DNA of 56,162 bases, the filler included, from Sphacelaria rigidula (lineage: Eukaryota): NCBI GenBank assembly GCA_964200075.2. It is 3 parts of 3 records of this genome, joined end to end, with 100 filler letters (N's around TTAATTAATTAA, not from the genome) between each part and the next. Parts side by side here need not be neighbours in the genome. Positions count along the whole stretch, not along the records: positions 18,759 to 37,412 come from CAXNAA020000818.1; positions 37,513 to 56,162 come from CAXNAA020000819.1; 1 more part is not named here. One strand, 5' to 3'. The notes under the pieces were generated by a model. It had not been told where the DNA came from. It saw nothing but the letters and a program-made list of their open reading frames with translations, and searched no databases. The translations under genes were made by a program, and so were the position numbers. Below, in pieces: positions 36,945 to 47,600 of this stretch (the first letter of the stretch is position 1; each line of letters starts with the position of its first letter).

Positions 36945-37360
36945 GTGTGGAGTACTGTACTGCTGACCGAAATGGATGAAGCGCAGGAGTATGTCATCGT
37001 GGATGGTCGTGGTATTCCTGTACTGGCGCTGGAGACGCCGTACTACGGCCGCAAGGTTTCGAGCGAGAAATCGGCCGAGTTTTTACGCAAATACAAGCAA
37101 TATTTGCTAGATATAGATCCGGTGAACACGCGGTGGACAGACCTCTTTGAGGTGGCAGCAGTTTCTGAGCTCATGCCGAAACATATTGCGAAATGTCTGT
37201 GTGACACGTTCTTGAAACATGATTATGATGTTGAGGACGAGCAGTTGCTTTTCGCGTTGCGCAAGCATGCGCCGTCCGGTGGGGCGCATTGCACTGTGAA
37301 AGCCGAGAGGCATGTGTCTGCCCGAGGGGACAGGCACGACAGTGCACCCGCCGAAGGTGA
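36945..37360 (+). pseudogene. gag N-terminal-like domain of a non-autonomous element, reading in frame into the 114-bp repeat
   Basis: PYYGRKVSSEKSAEFLRKYKQY..LLFALRKHA followed by CTVKAERHVSARGDRHDSAPAE. Confidence 0.7.
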
Positions 37361-37412
37361 CACTTTCTACGATAGCCCCCCCCCCCAGAGTGCATGGTTT
37401 TGGGAAGCAAAC

Positions 37413-37512
37413 NNNNNNNNNNNNNNNNNNNNNNNNNNNNNNNNNNNNNNNNNNNNTTAATTAATTAANNNNNNNNNNNNNNNNNNNNNNNNNNNNNNNN
37501 NNNNNNNNNNNN
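37413..37512. other. Artificial scaffold gap: N44-TTAATTAATTAA-N44
   Basis: Identical 100-nt spacer. Confidence 0.97.
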
Positions 37513-38697
37513 TGGCCAGCGCCTTGGTGAATGTTGTGACATGGACCTCAGCGCGAAAGTAGTTTTTTTTTATGCCAGGCGGCACCGGGGAGTGGAAGTT
37601 GGTGACGTCTACGTCGGTCAACGTCTGGAGATTGCTCAGCATGCCTCGGTTGGTGTCGGCCACGTCGCGGAGTTTTAGTTTCAAGTTTGCGTCAGACATG
37701 GGAATGGAAATGGAGACCCCGCCCCTGAGGATGTGGAAGAGTGCCTTGTTTTCGTCCGAGAGCCAGCTGTTGATCTCCCGCTTCTCCTGCATTTCTTCGG
37801 CCTTCTTCGTACTGGCGGGGGCGGCGTTGGCCGCTCCCATTGCATGCATGAGTTGTTGGATCTGACCCCCTCTCCCGCCGCTGAGAAGTTGAACGAGTTG
37901 GTGGATCGGGAATTGCGGCTGTGGTTGCTGTTGATGGAGTTGCTGTACGTGGTGCTGGTCCGGCTGCGGTTGCTGTTGTTGCTGCGGCCGCCGCGGTTGT
38001 TGGTGTTGGTGCTGCTCGTGCTGCTGAGGTTGATGCTGTTGCTGCTGCTGTTGCGGTTGATAATGGTGATCGTGGCTGCGACTGTTGGAGTTGGTGATGC
38101 GGTAGTGGCCCTCCGATGGGTGGCGGCAGTGGGGCGCTGGGTGCAAGCGGGGAGGCCCCGTTTACTCTTTCCCCCGCCATGTGCTGTTGCTGTGCGGCGC
38201 CCGCCGGCTGCCGGCCGACCCCGCCTCGGACGGCCCACCTTGCTGTTGTGGTTGTCCGTACTGGAGAAGATGTATCTGCTGTTGAAGGATCAAGATTGCC
38301 TGGCTCTGTTGCTGCTGTCGGTGAAGGCTTTGCTGGTGTTGCTGTTCCATGTTGATGTTCATTTTCGCCTGTGCCTGCAGGGTTTGAGCTAGAATGTGTG
38401 ATGGCTCGCCTGTGCTTGGTGGGGGACCGAGTGGCGGTGGGGGGGTGCAGGTGCGTCAGTGTTCAATTGGCTTGCCTCACCCTGCGGGCGGGCATGCTGG
38501 TTGACGGAGATCGGGTTGCTGTGCGTGCCTCCAGCTTGTGGTGCCGAGGCTCGGCGTGGTTCCCTTCCTGCGGCTCTTCCCTCTTTTGCTCCTGCCGTTG
38601 CTCGAGCTCCTGATGTGCTGTGGGGGTGTTGGCCTTGGCTTTGCGAAGCTGCTTCTCCCGCTGCTGCTGCTGCTCCCGATGTTGGTGTGTTGTCCAT
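37513..38697 (-). pseudogene. Decayed intronless Gln/Ala-rich ORF, possibly the first ORF of a retroelement; cut by the gap
   Basis: Consecutive minus-strand frames 38697-38389, 38362-38162 and 38146-37513 share a Q-rich composition and are separated by stops or frameshifts. The C-terminal ~100 aa look globular. No family recognised. Confidence 0.4.
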
Positions 38698-40334
38698 TCT
38701 AAAAACCGATCAAGTGCCAGGGACTACTGTACTACTGAGACTGCTGGCGTGTCGCTGACTGGTCAACTGGTCTCGAGTGATACTGTCTGCTTCTTTGGTG
38801 CTCTTGCACCAGACCAGTCTTGCCCGCTTGAACCAACTCTGCGGCGTTTGCGCCTTGGACACGCGATTCCTTATATCTTATTTCAACTTCAGCATACGCC
38901 AGAGTACATCCCTCATAATTCGTCATCCGCCAACACCAACCCCGTATTCATACTGAATACACCCAATGTTGCTTATGTGCACACTCAAGAAATCAAACTG
39001 GGCAGGAAGTGTAAGATCGGAGAACTGCGCTGGAATCCTCCCACACAGATCACACAAGGAAAGTTCTTCCACCTTGGCGCAAGCCACCAACCCCCCTTTC
39101 CGGGCAACAGTCGGCGCCGCGCGGCACTTTGTTTTGGGAGAGATTGTTGTTGATATTCACAAAATGCTGCCCTGTCGCAGTTCTGTTCGGTGGTATCGGA
39201 CGCTGAGACCGTGTCATAGCGCCACGTAACGGAAAACATATTCGCTGTTATAAAAGGGATTGGCGGGAGATTTTCAACCTCGAGTCTCGGGGGAATCGCT
39301 TATTTTGTCCACATGTACGCCAGATCTGCACGGGTTCGAAGATAGGATTGTCCTTGCAGTGGTTGCAGATACCGCATCCCTGCACTACAGTGCCGGTGAG
39401 AAACGACGCAACAGTGAAGCACGACAGGTACACATCTGATCCCGGAAAGGGTATACTAGCAGAATACTATTCGAGCTTGACGAATGCTTTTGCTTTTCAT
39501 GCGCATTATTTTCAAGGCGTTTTTGTCACTTTTTCCAATGCTCAAAAATGAGAATTATGCGCCGATTTTGCGTATTTTGGTTGAATATGCGCGACTTATG
39601 CGCCTTTTCAAGTCCTTGTTGAGGTGGGTCCTGACGGCACCCCTCATGAAACGCACCTCCCAGCATGAAGAAAGAAGTGCGCATAAAAAGCAACAGCCTA
39701 CTGTACCTCTGATGTGAAATATGACACATTTATTTTTTCATCAGTTTCACATGAACATACAGCACAATAACCGATACCAGATCCGCAACAAAGTCCTGAA
39801 AAATAGACTACGAACACGCCACGACTCGACGAGCCACGCCACGTGGAGCACCCATGGGCAGCTACTAGCTGCTGGGCATGGGGTGCATGATCCCGTTGGA
39901 GTATTTTATGCGCCAAGTTATGAGTAAAACTTGGCTTTTCTGCTTTAGTTGTGCTGAAATCTCCGAAAACCCATGTTTTCACAACTGCATGCGGTTATGC
40001 GCAATAATACCTCGTTCTATGCGAAATTACACGTGCGCATAAAAAGCGTAAGCCCAGCTTTGTGTTTTCACCCGGGCTTGTCTCGAGACATTGGCACGCG
40101 CACGGGGAACCGTCCGCGAAAAAAATGACATGACCCGACGGGAACATTTTGGGGACTGACCCAACGAGACAGGAATACGTGTGGTCGAAACTACATGAAA
40201 TCCCACTGGGAGGGATTGCTGGTTGATGTCACAGCTTGTACTCGATTTTGAATATGTTATGGATTCTGTGAAGTCGTGCCGTGACGGATTTACGTTTCGC
40301 ATCCCTCTCACCGACAACGGGCGCGTGTGGAAGG

Positions 40335-40600
40335 GACGAGGGGGAGCGAGGGGGTGTACTCATGATCTTGCGTGCCGTGTTTATTGAAGGGACCATAGAC
40401 CTCAGGGGGGGGGCTTACTCATTTGTTGCTTGCCTCAGTCGTTCGACCATTGACCATGCATCCCTTTTGAGACAGGGAGGGGGGGGCGTACTCATTTGTT
40501 GCTTGCCTTGGTCGTTTGACCATTGACCACGCATCCCTTTCGAGACGGAGCATGGGGAGGGGGATTGACACTGTCTCGTCCACGCGGATTTCGTAGGCAG
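40335..40600 (+). repeat. Dispersed repeat with internal ~72-bp tandem units; homologue at about 50930-51060
   Basis: gggg..tactcat.tg..gtcgtttgac..tgaccacgcatccct.tcgagac occurs at both sites. Confidence 0.65.
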
Positions 40601-41122
40601 CTGGTCCAAAGCGTGTCGTGGAGTCGTGATGCAGCGCTTGACTTTCGTACAGAAGTTTGATGAAAACGAGGACGACCGTTGCCAGTGGCCGGATGTCTCG
40701 ACGTACGGCGGTCAGAGTTGCCAGTTCAGACGTTGGCTTTACCCCCAACACTTTTGATCCGCCCTCTGCTCTTTAGTTGAGTAGGGCATGACCCCCTTTG
40801 GCTCCCATGAAGTGAAGTGACGACTTGCGCAGCGGTGATCTCTCGGGGTTGTTGAAAAGATCCGAGGCACGATAGCCGTTCCTCGCCAAAAGCGCCCTCA
40901 ATCTGCGACTCTGCTGCAGTCTGTAACGCAATCCTAAACGTGGCCGGCTCACGTCACGGAAGCTGAAGAAAAAAACATCCTCGTTTTGAAGCTGAGACTA
41001 AAGCTCCCACCATTGAATTAACCGTTCATCGAGACTTTTCCTCCGACAACAGGGTTGCGGCCCGAGAGCGTTTGTACCGTCGTCGAGGGGAAGGGTCACA
41101 CAACGAACTTCGTCCTCAGTGA

Positions 41123-41197
41123 ATGTACCGGATAGCCAAGATGAAAGCCTTGCCGCCCGCTATCAGGGGCACCTGTGATTTTTTTCTCAGCGAGTCG
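41123..41197 (+). CDS. Candidate first exon of the haloperoxidase (MYRIAKMKALPPAIRGTCDFFLSES)
   Basis: ATG at 41123 or 41141. The phase-0 donor TCG|gtagca splices in frame to 41488. It supplies an N-terminal Thr-Cys like that of mature brown algal vBPO. The donor is weak. Confidence 0.4.
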
Positions 41198-41487
41198 GTA
41201 GCAAAACCGAGCTATCGATGGTCGTCATGACGAGCGAAATGTAGGAAAACGCAAACACAGTAGAGCTCCACTATCCATACACGTTCGTGTGGCGGTAAGA
41301 AGAACGCACGTTTGGTTCATTCATATCCAGGACATGGGTCAATGAACGTCGCTATCCGTCGCCAACAACCACCGCAAACTACAACTTTATACTCAAAAGC
41401 TGTTATTCCTGGTGCCTGCTGCCCTGCTACCCGCCCCCTACGCGATTAATATCTTCCGTTTCACCCACGACCCACGGCACCGAACAG

Positions 41488-41658
41488 CCTGATGCCCGAG
41501 CGGACTACGTGTTTGAAGCCCGTGTCCAAGCGGCGACCCTGGAGCGCGATGGATCCATTGGCGTCTGCCAGGCCTCCAACGAGACCCTGGATGATGACGG
41601 AAGTGTGCTGTTGTGGAGTAAGTTTCACAAGACATTACCGCACGATGCCCTCGGCCAG
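41488..41658 (+). CDS. Vanadium haloperoxidase exon
   Basis: aacag|CCT...CAG|gtgagc; contains [13 protein letters not shown]. Confidence 0.92.
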
Positions 41659-44600
41659 GTGAGCAGGGGAAGGCACCCCGCCGCTCCTCCCAAGATTTTT
41701 TCTTCTCCTGAAGATTACTGTGTCTAGATTTCATCTTGGCGGTTTTCTCGTATTTTCCTTTCCTTCCCTCAGCCTTTTTCTCTCATGTTTTCTCTCTTTA
41801 CCCGTCTACTGTGTCGAGTCCATCCTCTCTGTTCCACCTCTCCTCTTTTTCTGACGTTCTCGCAAGCTGGCGTTTCCACTCGCTCACTTACTTTGGGTAC
41901 GTCTGTCCCGTGAACACGGCTGTAGTCGCGGTGCGGTGGATCAGTTAATGTGTGATATTTTTACAGAAGACTATCGAACAATCTTGAGTGAGAGTAAATT
42001 ATGAGTGTAGGTAATACGGCCACGCGATGTGAAAAAAAAGTTTGATGAAATAAAAAAACTCTGCTATTTCAGGTCGCGTAACATACGTGCTATCGTGTCA
42101 TACTTTAGTCTTTTTCGGGCCCTTACCAACAGGTTTTATTTTTTACACATTTTTCATCCACTTGATCGATTTCGCCCACACGTTTTTTTTTCTTAAAATT
42201 TCACCCTAGAGCCAGGGGCTTGAACAGGTCGATACCGAATGCAGATACTATTGAAGTGAGCAATGATTGGTTACACATGGCGGAAAATCGGGGTATTCAT
42301 AGCAATGACGTATTGAAGTTCTGCTACGGGCGCCATAGCACATCATGGGAAAATGGCGTGTCATGGGAGCACCAGAGCGTCACGAACATGCATTTTTGGG
42401 CGCTCATGTATTTTTGCGAACTTCACCTCTCCTGGATTCCCATAGTTCTTGACGTTTGATTTTCTGGGACTCTACCTCAGAGATGGTGTAATAGAATAAA
42501 CGGTGTATGATGTTCAACAACTTGTTTTGACTACCTGCTCCCGTCCCTTGACCGGCCCTAGCAGAGTTTCTGTAAGGCACGCGTGTGCCTCTCTTGCGAT
42601 TACGCTAGCGGAGACGCATGGAGGAACGAGTAATCAAGGGGTCAGCGAAGGGTTAATCTTCAAGGAGAGTATAGTGTGGGTCGTGGGATGGACCATCCGA
42701 TATTTGAGACCCTGTCAGACAAAGAACAAAACGTTCTCAGGGAGGTGTGGCAAAAGCAAAGTTTGGACCAGCAAAGAAGTACTGTGAACGCCGTACGTGG
42801 GCAAAATGCCATATTACTCAGCGAAAAAACGCAGGAGAGGCATCCGTTTAGAAGAGACAACGCTCGATAGGAGCGCGGCGACCTTTCAACAAGACAGACC
42901 CCCTGCGACCATCCAAGAGGAGGATCCGAGTCATGAACTGCAGACTCCAGCCGTGATACCTGAGCCGCGGTTGAGTCTGCTATCCTTGATGACCCAGATT
43001 CTGCCCTTGGGTGGTCGCCGGGGTTCTGTCCTGTTGAAGGGTCGCCGCGCTTCTCTCCGGGGTTGCCTTTTCTAAACTTCGATGCCTCTCCTGCGCTCTT
43101 TCGCTGATGAGCAAGACGGCCCTCTGCTCACGTAGGGCCTCTATAGTACTTGTTTCCTGGTCTCTCTGCTGCCTTCCCCACACCTCCCCTAGAACGTTTT
43201 GCTGTTCGGCTGAGAGGGTCTCAAATATCGGATGGTCCATCGTAGAATCCCCACTTTACTCTCTTTGAAGGTAAATCCTTGGCTTATCCCTTGATTACTC
43301 GTTCCTCTTGTTTATCCAATTTAACTCTTTTCTCCATCAATCAAAAACCACAGTCGAACATTTTATGAAAATCGTGATTGCCTCCCCTCTTTCATTAAAT
43401 ATCCCCTGCACAATGCCATACATAATCGACACTGCAAACTGAAACATTTCAACAGTGTTCTTCCCAGCAAACCAAACTCCCAAAACAAAATCAATCATAT
43501 CAGATCCAGACAGAACAAGCCCATACTTGAATAATACTAGATGTGGATTTAGTCGAGTCGTTCAGTCAAATCATGTAGTTAACTCAAACTGCATATATCG
43601 AATCAAATCAACTTGTATCGGAGATTTCTTCCATTTTCATACATAAATTGATGAACATGAAAAACAATTCAAGCCTGTTGATGAGGACCCTTACTCCGCG
43701 TTCGCTCGAAGCCGGTACACATTTCTGTGCTGCATCACCAGCGATGATAATACGAATGAATGAACCCTGTACGCGACGGCTGCAGGTGCGGTCACGTAAT
43801 GAACACCACGTGTGATCTAGACGCCGGAGAGAGTTGCGGGGACGGATGCTCACGTCTTGTGTGCCTTCAGCTGTTGGGCCATTGGCCACGTTTCCTTGAG
43901 ATGATGCAAGTGCTTTCCCACTTTGGACCGCCTGCGATGGTTGTCGATCCTTCCTTCCTACTTTTTGTATAAACCAGAAAGGAATTCAACAAACAAAAGA
44001 AGAGTTTGGTCCAAGACTCAGTTTCTTAAAATAGAGCCCCCGTCCCCCTTCTTAGGCAGCCTTTGACATCCCACGTAACTGACGCTGTCGTTGTCGTTAC
44101 ATGGTAATCCTACAGCCCAAATTCCCGCCCTAAACTTTGTGGCTCCCGATGTTGAGAACCTCTGTTACAGGGAGGAGGAGGGGTTGCTATTCCTCATGTG
44201 CATTCTGCGTTTTCAAGTGGCGATACTTTTGGCCTGGTCATCTCGGGTTCAGTGTGAGGGCTGGTGCTCGAGTTACGTCGTTGCGTGATCTTGCCATCGA
44301 GGAAATGTATTTTAGGGTGTTGAAGCATACCGGAATTTTCTCAAATTGTCTGTAGGCTGCACAACGCACCACTGTTCTTTTATCGTTACCACCAAATAGG
44401 AAATAACATTATTCAGTGGCCCACAATTTCTACTATAGCCCGTCCCCCCACCCCAAAACCAGCCCAAAAGTGTCACGAAAAAAATGACCATACAGCGCCT
44501 GATGTTTTAGTTCAGGCTGCATGAAGCGCCTCACATTGGCAACATTGGCGAGAACAAGCCCAAGCGTGGGAATTCTCAGCTGCTCATTGAGCTCGGCTTT

Positions 44601-47600
44601 TCCCATTTCGATTCACGTGAAAAATTTGCCTCCCAAAACCATGCACTTTGGGGGGGGGGGGGTTAAGATACCGAATGACTGCTGAGCTAAACAGCCAGCG
44701 CTGGCTGTGTACCTCAGCAGTCGATCGGTATCTTAACAAAAGCTAAGTTCTTGGGTTCGAATCCCTGTGCGAGCACAAGCATTCTTCGATGTCGCGAATA
44801 TCCGGTCGAATGAAACGGAAAAACACTGAGAAGTTGACTTCGATATCGAGCACCGGGTGCGGGTCGAATTCTACCGGTTGAACTCAACAGCGTTGGTTAC
44901 AGGGATAGCAACTCTGGGGTGAGAGTACTCGGGGTCATGCGACGGACCCATCGAAGTTAGCTTTTGTTAAGATACCGATTGACTGCTGAGCTAAACAGCC
45001 AGCGCTGGCTGTCTAGCTCAGCAGTCAATCGGTATCTCAACAGGGGGCTATTTGTAGAAAACAACCCCAAGCACCCTGATGGCTGACCACCACAGCTGTT
45101 CGGAAAGACCGCAGATGTACTAGTGAGTGTACTACCTAATGGACCACCGGTTACTTTCCGGAGGTCCTCGGTAGGCACTGAGGGAGCTGTAGTGGTAGCA
45201 CAGCAAAAAATTTCCTAGCATGGTGTGCTTTTAGGCTGTCATATACATTTTGGCGCCATCTTCTACAACTCGGGACCATTCGGACACATCTTAGGCAACC
45301 TGCGTCCACCATGTCGCATTTATTCCTACGTACAAACAAAAGCCCGTGATACAGTGTTGTAAGCACCTTGCTGGTCGGCCTGCCCTCATCTTCCCTTCAA
45401 CCATGACTCCACGCATGACGATGATAGGGGGGCGTTCATCGTGCATGCGCACAACCCGGGCGGTGTGTAGGAAGGTTCGCTTCATTACGGTGACCTCAAT
45501 GCACTCGCAGCTTGTTCTTCCGAGAACTTCATGGTATGACAGCATGTGGTAGTCAGGGGCGCTGCGGCTCGAGGTATGCTTACTGAGGCACCTCATTAGG
45601 AATCCTCGATGGGCCTCCCGTGACGCACCGAAATTGTCATGCGCGATAGTCCAATTCACGCAACCGTACAGCATTTTCCCGATCACTTCAGCCTTTGGGA
45701 GACGAACCTTGGTTGCCAGGGCGATGTACGGGTTGTCCTATACCGCTCTGCTGTACTTGGGGAAGTACGTCCAGGCCTGACCAATGCGGCTATGGATCTT
45801 GGGAGTGGTTTCTCCGATGCTGCTGATTTTGACGCCAAGGTGAAGGAAATACTCAACTTGCTTGTATCGTTGGCCCGCTGCCTCCACCTTGATCGCACTC
45901 GCCTCCATGTTCGGGGAGCGCATGTGCATGATGACCATCTTCGTTTCCGTCACGACGAAGCCTAATGCCGCACATATGTCGACGACGGTCGTGATCATCT
46001 TCGCCAGGCTCACGCGGGACCGTGAGGCGATGCCAGCGTCGTCAGCGTATAGCAAGGCCCTGATTATTTTGTTGAGTTCGCCCATGATCTTCCCGCCCCT
46101 TTCAGCGATGCGGATATAATCCTGCGCGATCGCTTTATTGATCGAGAAGCGGTCGAACGTTACCGTTCGCACCGCCGCGAAAAGATGTTGAACAGACCGG
46201 GGGAAAGCGCACAACCCTGGCGGAGGCCCTGGTTAACGTCAAACCCCTCAGATGACGTCTAGGTGTACGCATACCCGCATGCCGTGGTGGAATCGGCGCA
46301 TGATGGAAATTACCTTGGCGGGGATACCGTAGCGTGCATAAATTTTCCAGAGAAAAAAGCGGTCCACTAAGTCGTTTGCCTTTTCGAGGTCGATGAAGCA
46401 CACGTACATGGGAAGATTCTTCTCTGTCCAGCTCTTGGAGCCTGCGCACAACAAATATCATGTCGCCTGTGGATCGGCCAGGTCGGAAACCGCATTGTGA
46501 TTCTGGGAGGATTCCCTTCCACTCGCAAAATGCGCTGAGGCGAGTCGCAACTATCTCAAGTAGCACCTTGCCCGCGTAGAACCCGAGAGAAATACCGCGG
46601 TAGTTGCCGCATTCGCGCGGATCCTATTTCTTAACAAGCACCTTGATGTCTTGCCACTCTTGCGGCACTACTTTCTGGGGCCACACGGTGAACACGATGT
46701 TGTGGAGAAACTTCAAGATGGCAAAGTCTGCGGTGCGGCTGAGCTGCAATAGTTCGCCACAAATGCTGTCCGTCCCAAAGGTATTGCCATTCGCCAGCTT
46801 GCCCTCCGCTTCCTTCCCTTCCGCCATCGAGGGCTCCGCCGCGAGCGGTGCGTGCTCTAGTATCTCTGTTCGATGAGGTCGATGGCAGAGTGGTCGATCG
46901 TGAGCAAGGTTTCGTTCAGCAGTGTTTCGGACAATTCCTTCCATCGTTGCAAGATAGCTTGCTTGTCCCGCGACAGCTCGCCAGTCGCGCTTCTGGTAAA
47001 AGTTGAGTCGCTCTGCTCCTTTCCCTTCCGCTCCAGGACTTGATATAATGGTACAGTCCTGCTTGATCCTTCTTGCGAACAAACTCCGCGGTCCGGACTG
47101 TGAACTCGTGAACACACTTCTGCAGCTCAGCATCATTCACCCGCTTGAATGCTTTGTCCGTCACCTTCAGCGCCTTCTTCAGGGCAGCGTCTTCGGGGTT
47201 AGCTCGCAGTTTCTTTCCCTGAGATCCCACGCCTGTCGGCGGCCATCCTGAGCTTAAGTTGACTCACGGAAACCTCTCGATGGGGTTTTCTTGGGGCGTC
47301 GGGGGCGTGTATCCGCGGCCGCTTGTTTCAGGGCGTTGGTGAACGTACATGCCATGTCATCGACGTCCATCACTGCGGGGGAATTGGTGGCATTCGGGAG
47401 CTTAGCGACAATGGCTTGTGAGACAGTCGCTCCTCAGCGTCGGTCGGCTGCGAGGACGATGGGGTCGAAATGCACTCTCTTATCCCCGCCTCTCGGTTTC
47501 GGTTGGCGTTTGGGAGCGTTCCGTCCGAGGAGACGGATGGTGGCTGAGACCAGACGATGGTCCAATTTCAGAGTTCATGGTGACATTTCGGACAAGTCTG

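Larger units (their letters stand above)
18759..37412. mobile_element. Nest of degenerate Ty3/Gypsy LTR retrotransposons and non-autonomous derivatives
   Basis: Seven complete or partial LTR copies of two families, several gag N-domain copies, one gag CCHC knuckle, one PR-RT-RH-IN pol and repeated internal segments in both orientations. Confidence 0.9.

Noticed and set aside
37733..38392. Leu/Val-rich 219-aa plus-strand ORF as a membrane protein
   Set aside because: It is the antisense shadow of the CAG/CAA-rich minus-strand sequence.
44700..44776. tRNA gene (also about 5640-5715 and 49600-49680)
   Set aside because: A/B boxes are present but no complete cloverleaf can be folded by eye, and each sits inside a repeat, so they are treated as SINE-type heads.
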